Source: an uncultured Collinsella sp. (lineage in GTDB: Bacteria > Actinomycetota > Coriobacteriia > Coriobacteriales > Coriobacteriaceae). Taken from it: a stretch of DNA of 64,000 nucleotides. The stretch spans positions 8,629 through 72,628 of the forward strand of contig CABRNM010000002.1 of NCBI GenBank assembly GCA_902472315.1, given 5' to 3'. The position numbers and the translations under genes were made by a program. The notes under the pieces are model-generated. The model did not search any database. It was given only the letters and a program-made list of their open reading frames with translations, and was not told the origin of the DNA. The number at the start of each line of letters is the position of its first letter. The stretch's first letter is position 1. Below are positions 11,966-20,718 of this stretch, piece by piece.

Positions 11966-12457
11966 ATGGGGCTGTTCAAGAAGAAAAACCCGCAGGATGC
12001 CTTTGATCCCGATGTGTTTACCATCACGGATACGATTTTGGACCCGCCGCGGTTTACGTTTTTGCCGGCTATCTACCGGGATGCCACGCGTCGCAAGTGG
12101 GCCGTGCATCAGCGCGGAGCGACCCCGAGGATTTTTGATTACGCGGATGTGCTGCAGTGTGAGATTGTCGAGACCGGAAATCCCGAGGATGTGCCGGAGC
12201 TCAGCAATCGCGAACTCGCTCAGCAGATTTTGCTTAATCCAGCTCAGGCTACCAAAAACAACGCTGCCAAGCGTAATATGTGCCTTGGTATGGGTGTCAT
12301 CGTTGCCGTGCAAACCGGCGAGGATGAGATTTCGAAGCTTGAGATTCCGGTGACCGCGGGCGAAGTCAAGCGAGACTCCGGCCTATATCGGTCGTATCGG
12401 AGTGTTGCGGAGCAAATCAAAGAAGCCTTCGACGCCATGAGGCGTCCGGAGCAATGA
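11966..12457 (+). CDS. Hypothetical protein
   Basis: GGGAGG RBS, MGLFKKK start, 163 aa; no family recognised. Confidence 0.75.
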   Translation: MGLFKKKNPQDAFDPDVFTITDTILDPPRFTFLPAIYRDATRRKWAVHQRGATPRIFDYADVLQCEIVETGNPEDVPELSNRELAQQILLNPAQATKNNAAKRNMCLGMGVIVAVQTGEDEISKLEIPVTAGEVKRDSGLYRSYRSVAEQIKEAFDAMRRPEQ

Positions 12458-12492
12458 TTCCTGCAGCATCAAGCGGTTGAGGCGTCTTGCCC

Positions 12493-13260
12493 ATGTCGAG
12501 TGAACCATATGCGATTCCGCCCAAAGACCGCGCCTTTGAGGGCATTCTTTGGTATATCAAACATTATGACCTGCGGAGTGGCGACCGGCTGCCCGCCGAG
12601 CGTGTGCTCTGTGAAGAGCTGGGCGTGTCGCGCACGGCGTTGCGTGCTGCGATCACGCGCCTTATTTCGTGCGGAACTTTGGAAAGCCGCCGCGGTTCGG
12701 GCACCTATGTGTGTCCTCCCAAACCGCTGAACATCTTTCAGGAAACATGGAACTATACGCAGGCGGTGGAGAGGGTTGGCTCAAAGTCGACCGCGCGCCT
12801 GGTTTGGTCCAAGGTCGTGTATGCCGATATCGATCTTGCCCAAAAAGCCCAGATCGACCTGGGCATGCCGCTCTTCTGCATTCGGCGCGTGCGTGTGGTC
12901 AACGGTTCCCCGGCATCGATCGAGACGGCTTACGTCAATCTGTCTTTGTGCCCCTCGCTTCCCGATCACGATTTTGAGCAGGAAAGCCTCTACGACGTTT
13001 TGCTCAAGGAGGGGAATGTCCATGTGACGCACGGCAAGGAGCATATTTCCATCAGCCGTCTGAACGCCGACGAGGCCAAGTTGCTGAATGCTCAGGAGGG
13101 CACGCCGGTGTTTTACAAGGCTTCGCACGAGCGCGACGAGACCGATGGCTTTGTCGAGTATTGCAAGTCCGTGATTCTGCCGACCAAGTATCGTTTTGCC
13201 GATAACGGCGAGGCAGACGGCGTTGCGACGAAGGTGGGTGTCGAATGGCTGATGCAGTAG
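12493..13260 (+). CDS. GntR family regulator (HutC/UTRA type)
   Basis: GDRLPAERVLCEELGVSRTALR wHTH plus UTRA-like C-terminus. Confidence 0.9.
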   Translation: MSSEPYAIPPKDRAFEGILWYIKHYDLRSGDRLPAERVLCEELGVSRTALRAAITRLISCGTLESRRGSGTYVCPPKPLNIFQETWNYTQAVERVGSKSTARLVWSKVVYADIDLAQKAQIDLGMPLFCIRRVRVVNGSPASIETAYVNLSLCPSLPDHDFEQESLYDVLLKEGNVHVTHGKEHISISRLNADEAKLLNAQEGTPVFYKASHERDETDGFVEYCKSVILPTKYRFADNGEADGVATKVGVEWLMQ

Positions 13261-13958
13261 AAGACTTGCCGGTTTACAAACAAATTCGCCGCTGCATTGC
13301 GGAGCGAATCGAGCGCGGCGACTACCCGACGGGCTCGATGATTCCGTCCGAAAACGAGCTGGCCGAGGAGTTTGGCACGACGCGCCTGACAATCCGAAGC
13401 GCCATGGACGAGCTGGTCAAAAGTGGCCAGATTCGTCGCGTGCAGGGCAAAGGCGCCTTTGTGGGACACAAGTGGTTTGACGAGCACGAACGCAAGGGCG
13501 GCTTCCGCCAGTCGGTTCTGGCATCGGGCGCGACGCCGTCGGTGCGCATCCTGGCGCGCTCCAAACGCTACGCTGGCCCGTATTATGCCGACTTGTTTGG
13601 CATCGCCGAGGACGATCTGCTTTACTCGGTGCGCCGCCTCAACTGCATCGATGGTGAGCCCGTATCGATCGAGATGACACTGATTCCGTGCCTGCTGTTT
13701 CCGGGCATCGAAGGCGTGGACATTTCGGTCTTCAGCCTGTTCGAGACCTACGATATGTTGGGACGCAAGCCAGATCAGTCGGTAGAGAAACTCGATATCG
13801 AGGCGCTGGGCGCACGCGATGCGAGCTTGCTCAATCTTGAGCCGGGCGATCTGGCGCTCGTGCTGGAAGGCCTGACCTATGACTCGAGTGGGCAGGCAAT
13901 CGAGCATGCCAAGTCTTTTACCCGCGGCGACGCCGGCGGATATACCTACAACTATTAG
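13245..13958 (+). CDS. GntR family regulator (HutC/UTRA type, FrlR-like)
   Basis: IPSENELAEEFGTTRLTIRSAM, QGKGAFV, UTRA-like domain. Confidence 0.9.
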   Translation: MADAVEDLPVYKQIRRCIAERIERGDYPTGSMIPSENELAEEFGTTRLTIRSAMDELVKSGQIRRVQGKGAFVGHKWFDEHERKGGFRQSVLASGATPSVRILARSKRYAGPYYADLFGIAEDDLLYSVRRLNCIDGEPVSIEMTLIPCLLFPGIEGVDISVFSLFETYDMLGRKPDQSVEKLDIEALGARDASLLNLEPGDLALVLEGLTYDSSGQAIEHAKSFTRGDAGGYTYNY

Positions 13959-14233
13959 CGTCTAGAGCGTCCCTGCGCACGGCGGGGGCGCTCGTTTTTA
14001 CAGACATGTGTCGCATGACCGATGAGCGGCAAAAACTGACCGTCTACCGAGATGGGAGGACGAAATCAAAAAATCGGTATTAAAAACGGCTAACCTGTAA
14101 TCGTTCACTGGTATTAAGAACCTTTGAATTGTTGAGCTTGGGGCCAAGATGTCCACAAGGTTAAGCGGCGCGACGGGGCGGCAAGCCCGTCCATTCCGTG
14201 CGACAATTCAAACTGCTCGTGAAAGGAGCGGGA

Positions 14234-15295
14234 ATGAAGGAGACCGAGAAGATCGAGATCATGCACTTCGACCAGGAGGGCTACCTCGAGGACGGCAGGA
14301 ACGTCTACGAGGCCGGCAAGAAGATGACCGCCCTGGCCGACCGCGTGCACGAGGAGGGCTACGACGCCGTCTTCCTGATGGGCGTCGGCGGCACCTGGGA
14401 CGAGTTCATGCAGCTCGAGTACCTCATGAACAAGTTCGGCGACCGCGACCTCGAGGTCTACCTGATCCACGCCGCCGAGTGGAACGTCATGGGCCACAAG
14501 CGCATGACCGACAGGTCCGTCGTGCTGACCGCCTCCGAGTCCGGCACCACCCCCGAGGTGCTCGAGGCCGTCGGCAAGATGAGGGAGATGGGCGTGCGCG
14601 TCTTCGCCATGACCAACCCCGAGGGCAAGATCGGCCAGGCCGTGGGCGCCGAGAACTGCGTCATGATGGCCTCCGACCACGGCGCCGGCGGCTGCGAGAA
14701 GGGCTACTACCTCGCCGACTGCTTCGGCCTGCGCCTGCTCAACCGCCGCGGCTGCTTCCCCAAGTTCGACCTGTTCATCGAGCAGACGAAGGACGTCTGG
14801 AAGGACATGCTCGACATCCGCAAGCGCTTCGAGCCGCGCGCCGAGGAGCTCGCCAGGAAGTACGCGCTGGCCGACTACACCATGTTCATCGGCTCGGGCG
14901 CGCTGTGGGGCGAGACCATCCTGTACTCCATGTGCCTGCTCGAGGAGATGCAGTGGAAGCGCATCCGCCACATCACCTCGCACGACTTCTTCCACGGCAC
15001 GCTCGAGCTGCTCGAGCCCGGCGTCCCGGTGTTCCTGTTTATGGGCGAGGACGAGTGCCGCGCCCTCGACGAGCGCGTCCGCGCCTTCCTCACCAGCGGC
15101 GTGACCGGCGACGAGGACTACGTCATCATCGACACCGCCGAGTACGCGATCCCGGGCCTGGACGACGACTTCCGCGTCATCGTGTCGCCGTGGATCCTGT
15201 CCGTGCTGACCACCGACCGCCTCGCGCGCAACTACGAGCTGGTCACCAAGCACAACCTCAAGTACCGCCGCTACTACCACCAGTTCGACTACTAA
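14234..15295 (+). CDS. SIS-domain protein, fructosamine/fructoselysine-6-phosphate deglycase-like (FrlB family)
   Basis: GVGGT, ASESGTTPEV, LEEMQWK, DFFHGTLEL, RRYYHQFDY C-terminus; RBS GAAAGGAG. Confidence 0.85.
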   Translation: MKETEKIEIMHFDQEGYLEDGRNVYEAGKKMTALADRVHEEGYDAVFLMGVGGTWDEFMQLEYLMNKFGDRDLEVYLIHAAEWNVMGHKRMTDRSVVLTASESGTTPEVLEAVGKMREMGVRVFAMTNPEGKIGQAVGAENCVMMASDHGAGGCEKGYYLADCFGLRLLNRRGCFPKFDLFIEQTKDVWKDMLDIRKRFEPRAEELARKYALADYTMFIGSGALWGETILYSMCLLEEMQWKRIRHITSHDFFHGTLELLEPGVPVFLFMGEDECRALDERVRAFLTSGVTGDEDYVIIDTAEYAIPGLDDDFRVIVSPWILSVLTTDRLARNYELVTKHNLKYRRYYHQFDY

Positions 15296-15408
15296 GAGCT
15301 GGTCACGGGTTCGATATCTTGGCTGGTTGATATCTCGACCCTGCACAAGGGCGTCCGCATTTGCGCGGGCGCCCTTTTTGCGTTGATGTCGGCGCAGGGT
15401 GTCCTCGG

Positions 15409-15591
15409 CGGAAATCTCATCCCGGAATTTCGGCTCAGAGTGGGATGCGGTTTCCGGATGCGTCCCATTCTGAAGCCCCGAAACGGGACGCGCTTTCCGC
15501 TTGGGGTCCGATCCGGAAAGCTCATCCCGTTCCGAGCATCAAATCCGGGACATGCTTTCCGCGCTCCGCCCCTTGCAGAAAGCGCGTCTCC
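15409..15591. repeat. Array of alternating inverted 16-bp motifs (CGGAAAGCKCATCCCG-like)
   Basis: Forward copies at 15409, (15456 partial), 15514, 15576; reverse copies at 15441, 15484, 15546; spacers 16 and 14 nt. Confidence 0.8.
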
Positions 15592-15734
15592 TTCCAAACA
15601 CAAATCTTGCGGTACAGCTTCTGCAAAGACGCGAAGTGGCCGCTGACAGCAAAGAGGGGCTGCCGAGACAATGCCCGACGGCCCCTCCCCTCATAACTTG
15701 CTATCGATGCCAATCGCCACAAGGGCGCGGCTGC

Positions 15735-18164
15735 CTACTTGCTGATCGCGCCCGTCATATAGATAAACTGCACGCGATTTATATGTCCGCCCTGCTCGCC
15801 GTTGACAAAGTCCGTCGGCGTAAAGCCGGGGTTGAGCATTTCCTCGATCTTGTCCTTAACGGTGTCGATGACCTGAGTATCGAGATTGCTCGTTCGGTCG
15901 GTAAGCTCCTGCATGCCGTTGCCGAGCTCGGATGCGCCGCTGGCAAGCGTACCTGCACCCGAGGAGAGAAGATTCATGCCGCTAGCAAGGCTAGCAGCAC
16001 CTGTCTTGAGCTGCGCCGCACCGTTGTTGAGCTGTGATGCGCCGTTGGCAAGCGCGGGCGTGGCACCGTTGAGCTGCTGTGTGCCCGCAGCAAGCTGGTC
16101 GGTGCCCGCGGCAAGAGCCGCGGCGCCATCGCTCAGCTGACCCGCGCCCGTTGCTGCAGAGCCAACACCGGCGACAAGACCGGGGTTCACGGCCGTGGGG
16201 TTTGCCGGGTTGATCGCGCTGTTCATATAGGCGATGGCTCCGGCCAGGCTCAGCTGTTGGCCATCCTGGACAGTGGTGTAGCCCTGAATGGCGCTATCGA
16301 GCGCGGTGACGGCACCCTGGGCGCCGCCCTGGGCGCCGGCCGCCTGGGCCAAAGTCGTAACCTGATCGGTAAGCGTGCCAAACATGGACTCGGCACCCTT
16401 AAGGCTCTGCGACACCTGCGTGTTAAGACCCTGCGCGCCCGCAACGGCATTGGATGCAGAATCGAGAAGCGCGGTAAGACCCGTCGCATCGGCGCTCGAT
16501 GCCGCCGTGGCGGCGGCACCCGCGCTGGTAGCAGCACTGCCGGCACTTGCGGTGGCGGCATCCAGCTGTGCCGTAGCCTCGCTTAGCTTGGCTGCCGCAG
16601 CCTTGGCGGAGTCGAGATCGGCCGCGTTATCCAGCGCGTCCTGAGCATCGGCGACCGCCGCCTTGGCAGCGGCAATAGATGCAACGGTGCTCTCGGCGCC
16701 AGCCTTTGCGCTCTCGGCGTTAGCCTTTGCCGCATCGTTGCCCATGGCGCTTGCGGCCTGCTTTGCCCCGCCGAGCGCCTGCTGTGCACCGGCAAGGTAC
16801 TGCCCCTCGCCGCTGAGCGCCGCCGTAAGACCCTGCGGCCCGTACAGCGCGCTGTAGGCGTTGCCCGACGTAGCGGTCACGGCGTCCTGGGCCGCCTTGG
16901 CCGCAGCCTGCGCCTTGGCAAGGTTTGCCTCCTGAGCCTGCTTGCCCAGCGTCAGCGCGTCGACGTACGTATCGGACCCAGCGGCAATTCCACTTATGCC
17001 GCCCGAGATCTGCTGTGCGCTCCCCTGCAGCTTGGAAAGGCCCGCCGAAAGATCGGACGCACCGCCCTTAAGCTGCACGGCACCGGCATTAACCCCCTCG
17101 GCACCGGCATTAAGGTTGCTCACGCCTTCGACCAGCGTGGGGACCTGCGCGTTGAGCTGACTCGTACCCGCCGCGAGCGCAGCGGCGCCACTGGACAGCG
17201 TGCCGGCACCGGTATTGGCCGTGGCAAGCGAGGCCGCGAGCGTCTTGACACCGTCGGCAACCTGGCCAGCACCGCTATTGGCCGTAGCAATACCGTTGGA
17301 GAGCTCCACGAGCTGGCTCGTATCCATGCTGCTCGAGTCCACATCGATGGCAAGATTCAGCGGCACGCCGACAATCTGCCAGCCATCAAACTCAAAATCC
17401 TCAACATCGGTCGTAATGGTGTAGTCTCCGGTGCTGCCGGGAATCACCATGTAGGTAAGCTGCGTGTTGGAGCCGTTGGCAGCAACCGTGGCGCCCTCAG
17501 CCTCAATATCGTGTGCCTCGGCATCCTTAAGCTGACCGGTAATCTGAACCAGGTAGTTATCGGCATAATCGCCACCGGTATAGTCGTCATTCTTTTCGAC
17601 CTTGAGCTTCATGGTGAGCTTGCCGCTCTTGCCCGCCAAATCCTTGGCGTCGATATCGCGGCCATCGAGCTGGTATGCCACGGTGACGTTCCACGGCATC
17701 TGAGTGTTCTTGTCCAGATCGCCCTGGTAGACAAAGTCCTGCACTCCCTGGCCCGTAACGGCAACCGACCCGCTGTCGTCCGTTAGTTTTTGAGTCGTCG
17801 ATAGGTTGGTCACTTTGTTATAGGTGCCGGCATCGTCGATCTTGACGCCCTTATTGGCCTCGAAGCTATTGACCACGTAAACACCCGTGCGATTGCCGTC
17901 GGCATCGGTTTTGACGTATACGACCTGGTTTTTCTTATATCCCGGCGTGCTGTTATCGGAGTCCGTCGCCATCTGTTCACTCGTAGCCGAGGCAGCGCTC
18001 GTCGACCCTACGCCGTCGGCGAACACAACGGCACCGGGAACGGTAAGGGCCACGGTCAGACCGGCGGCAAGAGCGAGCGCAGCGATGCGCTTATGGGGAC
18101 GACGTACAAGATCGCGTTGGGCTTTGAGCTCTTTCGAAGCGGTATCAGTGGTATGGGTATGCAT
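15735..18164 (-). CDS. Secreted/membrane-anchored protein with X-X-X-Leu-X-X-Gly heptad repeats (YhgE/Pip-like), partner of MMPL transporter
   Basis: Signal-like segment RRPHKRIAALALAAG, KKNQVVYV, DLAGKSGKL, GAxxLxxG heptads, VQFIYMT C-terminus; RBS GGAAGGA before ATG at 18164. Confidence 0.8.
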   Translation of the reverse strand: MHTHTTDTASKELKAQRDLVRRPHKRIAALALAAGLTVALTVPGAVVFADGVGSTSAASATSEQMATDSDNSTPGYKKNQVVYVKTDADGNRTGVYVVNSFEANKGVKIDDAGTYNKVTNLSTTQKLTDDSGSVAVTGQGVQDFVYQGDLDKNTQMPWNVTVAYQLDGRDIDAKDLAGKSGKLTMKLKVEKNDDYTGGDYADNYLVQITGQLKDAEAHDIEAEGATVAANGSNTQLTYMVIPGSTGDYTITTDVEDFEFDGWQIVGVPLNLAIDVDSSSMDTSQLVELSNGIATANSGAGQVADGVKTLAASLATANTGAGTLSSGAAALAAGTSQLNAQVPTLVEGVSNLNAGAEGVNAGAVQLKGGASDLSAGLSKLQGSAQQISGGISGIAAGSDTYVDALTLGKQAQEANLAKAQAAAKAAQDAVTATSGNAYSALYGPQGLTAALSGEGQYLAGAQQALGGAKQAASAMGNDAAKANAESAKAGAESTVASIAAAKAAVADAQDALDNAADLDSAKAAAAKLSEATAQLDAATASAGSAATSAGAAATAASSADATGLTALLDSASNAVAGAQGLNTQVSQSLKGAESMFGTLTDQVTTLAQAAGAQGGAQGAVTALDSAIQGYTTVQDGQQLSLAGAIAYMNSAINPANPTAVNPGLVAGVGSAATGAGQLSDGAAALAAGTDQLAAGTQQLNGATPALANGASQLNNGAAQLKTGAASLASGMNLLSSGAGTLASGASELGNGMQELTDRTSNLDTQVIDTVKDKIEEMLNPGFTPTDFVNGEQGGHINRVQFIYMTGAISK

Positions 18165-18196
18165 TGCGGTATTCCTTCCAACTGCTTTGTAAAACG

Positions 18197-20329
18197 TTAC
18201 TGAGCGGAGCCGTCCGCAGCCGATGCCTCGGTGGTATCCGAAACCGGATCCTGGGCATCCTTGGGCAAAAAATGAGCTTTGAGCGTGGTCTTGCCGATGA
18301 GGCCATCGAGCACATAAAGGAAACCCGGCAGCGCAAAGAGTACGGCGACTAGGGAGATGCTCACGCCGACGCCCAGGAACCAGCCGATCTGCTTGAGCAC
18401 GCCGTGGCTCGAGATCGCATGGATCAGGAAGCCACTGATCAGCAGAACCGATCCAGAGGTCAAAACAGGAATCGTGCAAGCTTCCATGGTCTCGAGTAGC
18501 GCTTCGCGCTTATGCATGGTCACGCGGTCCTCACGATAGCGGTCAGCAATCAGGATGCCGTAGTCGACGGCAACGCCCAGCTGGATGGAGCTCACAATTA
18601 AGTAGGCGAGGAAGAACTCGTGCATACCGGTGTAGAGCGGTGCAGCAAAGTTGATCCAGATCGAGGTCTCAATCACGAGCACCAAGATGATCGGCAGGCT
18701 CAGCGACTTGGTGGCCAGCAGCAAGACCGCGAACACGGCCACGACGGCGATGAGGTCGACCTTGCCCTTATCGACGGTGATGGTGTCCTTAAGGTCGGTG
18801 GTGCTCACGCCCTCGCCGGCGAGCATTGCCTTACCCGGATAATGTTTGTCCGCGATACAACGAATCTTCTTGACCAGCTTAAATGTACTCGGACCCTCGT
18901 AGGGCGCGGTAACCGTGAGCACCAAACGGCTGTAGTGCTCTCCCTCCACCAGATCGAGCGTGTCCTTTTCGGCCATGCCCGTGGGGATATAGGGACTCGC
19001 AACGTCAACATAGCTCTGGATGGACTTGACCTCGGGGAGCGCCTTGAGCTCATTGGAGAGTGCCTGCTCCTCGCTCACCTCTCCACGGGGAACGAGCACA
19101 ACGTAGGTATCGGAGTTGCCAAAGACCTCCTTGACCTTGTCCATATCCTGACCAAGCCGCGTATCCGAACCAAAAATGTGCGAAGTGCCGTAGTAGTACG
19201 TGATATCGCTGGAGGTCGATGCCACACGCGCAGGGTAAACCACGGCGAGGATCACGACGGCAGCGGGGATACAGACCTTGAGCACCAGACGGGCGAACTT
19301 ACCCAGCGGCGGGACAAAGGGCCTGTGCTGCGATTTTTGCACAAAGCCATCGAACTGAACGAACATCGAAGGAACAAAGGTAAAGACCGATACCAGGCTG
19401 ATGGCGATACCCTTTGCAAGGGCAAGACCAAGGTCGGGGCCGATCTTAAACTGCATGGCGGCAAGCGCGATAAAGCCGATGCAGACCGTGCAACCGCTCG
19501 AAAACACGGCGACCGAGGACAGGCAGCACGACTGCACCATGTCTTCGGCAACGCTGCCGTGGCGGCCACGCTCCTCGTTAAAGCGGTGCAGCAAAAAGAC
19601 CGAGAAGTCCAGCGCGATGGCAACCTGCAAAATGGAGCCCGCAGAGTTGGTGACAAAGCTAATCTCGCCAAAGATGAGGTTGGTGCCCCAGTTGATAAAC
19701 ACCGAGACGCCCAGGCCCAGCAGCACCAGGATGGGTTCGGCCCAGCTGGTAGTCGTGATGACCAGAATCACGAAGATAATCGCTATGACAGCGACCGTGA
19801 TAATGCTGATCTGCTGCTCGGTCGATGTGGTGGCGAGCGCGTTAGACATGGCCGAGCCCGTAATGGCGCCCTCGTCGCCCACGATATCTCGAATAGCGTC
19901 GGTTGCCTCGATCTCCTTTTCGGAATTAACCGTCACCGTAAACAGGGCGTTGTTCTTTTTGTAATAGGTCTCAACGGTGTCTTTGTCTTGCGTGGCAAGC
20001 GGCTGATCGATATCTGCCGCGTCGTCAAGCCATAGGACCTCCTCGACGCCGTCGACCTTTTTGATTTTGTCCTTGTATTTGAGCGCCTGAGCGATCGAGA
20101 CATTGGGCACCATAACGCGACAGTTGGGAATGTCACCCTCAAACTCATCACCCATGGTATTCAGAGCGACGGTCGACGCCGCTTCGTCGGGCAGATAGCT
20201 CGTAATGTCGTAGTTAACGCCTACAAACTGGCGCAGGAACAGGCATACCAGTGCTGCCACCGCATAGAACGCGATGATGGGTTTGCGGTGCTTCACGACC
20301 CATCGAAATAGCTTCTCTTTCAACCTCAA
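18197..20329 (-). CDS. MMPL/RND family transporter
   Basis: Two TM bundles with LQVAIALDFSVFL and IQLGVAVDYGILI motifs, VNYDITSYLP. Confidence 0.9.
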   Translation of the reverse strand: MRLKEKLFRWVVKHRKPIIAFYAVAALVCLFLRQFVGVNYDITSYLPDEAASTVALNTMGDEFEGDIPNCRVMVPNVSIAQALKYKDKIKKVDGVEEVLWLDDAADIDQPLATQDKDTVETYYKKNNALFTVTVNSEKEIEATDAIRDIVGDEGAITGSAMSNALATTSTEQQISIITVAVIAIIFVILVITTTSWAEPILVLLGLGVSVFINWGTNLIFGEISFVTNSAGSILQVAIALDFSVFLLHRFNEERGRHGSVAEDMVQSCCLSSVAVFSSGCTVCIGFIALAAMQFKIGPDLGLALAKGIAISLVSVFTFVPSMFVQFDGFVQKSQHRPFVPPLGKFARLVLKVCIPAAVVILAVVYPARVASTSSDITYYYGTSHIFGSDTRLGQDMDKVKEVFGNSDTYVVLVPRGEVSEEQALSNELKALPEVKSIQSYVDVASPYIPTGMAEKDTLDLVEGEHYSRLVLTVTAPYEGPSTFKLVKKIRCIADKHYPGKAMLAGEGVSTTDLKDTITVDKGKVDLIAVVAVFAVLLLATKSLSLPIILVLVIETSIWINFAAPLYTGMHEFFLAYLIVSSIQLGVAVDYGILIADRYREDRVTMHKREALLETMEACTIPVLTSGSVLLISGFLIHAISSHGVLKQIGWFLGVGVSISLVAVLFALPGFLYVLDGLIGKTTLKAHFLPKDAQDPVSDTTEASAADGSAQ

Positions 20330-20718
20330 TCCTCCATAACGCTCAGCCTATGTTTTGCTCTTTGTTATATTCCACATTTGGTAGTTATACAACATGTGTA
20401 GGATAAAGGCGCCATAAAGATATGCGATTGACGCGGTCCCGGAGCCAAAACAGCCGCTGCAGAAGCAGTTCGGAAAAGGTCCTCAGCGGAAACTGCATCC
20501 CAGTTTTTAGACGAAAAACGGGATATGGTTTCTGGTTGGCCTAGATAATCGTCAGATTTAGCTGAGCGTCTGCCCCTATGTTTCCAAATGAATACGGTGT
20601 GAGCTGCGGACAAGGATTTTCCCCGCAAGCACTCTAGTATGCTAAAGTACCCAAAAGACCGGCGGAGCTATGCCGGTCGTTTGTTCTGTATGCAACACAG
20701 CATGAGGAGGCTCACCAG

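Noticed and set aside
14114..15346. Long overlapping ORFs (410 aa minus, 393 aa plus) over the SIS gene
   Set aside because: Expected by-products of near-total G/C third positions; Arg/Pro-rich or antisense translations
15735..18479. 914-aa version of the heptad-repeat ORF
   Set aside because: The first ~105 codons overlap the MMPL gene; the RBS supports the start at 18164
20330..20718. His leader peptide or T-box upstream of the his operon
   Set aside because: No His-codon run or T-box consensus recognised
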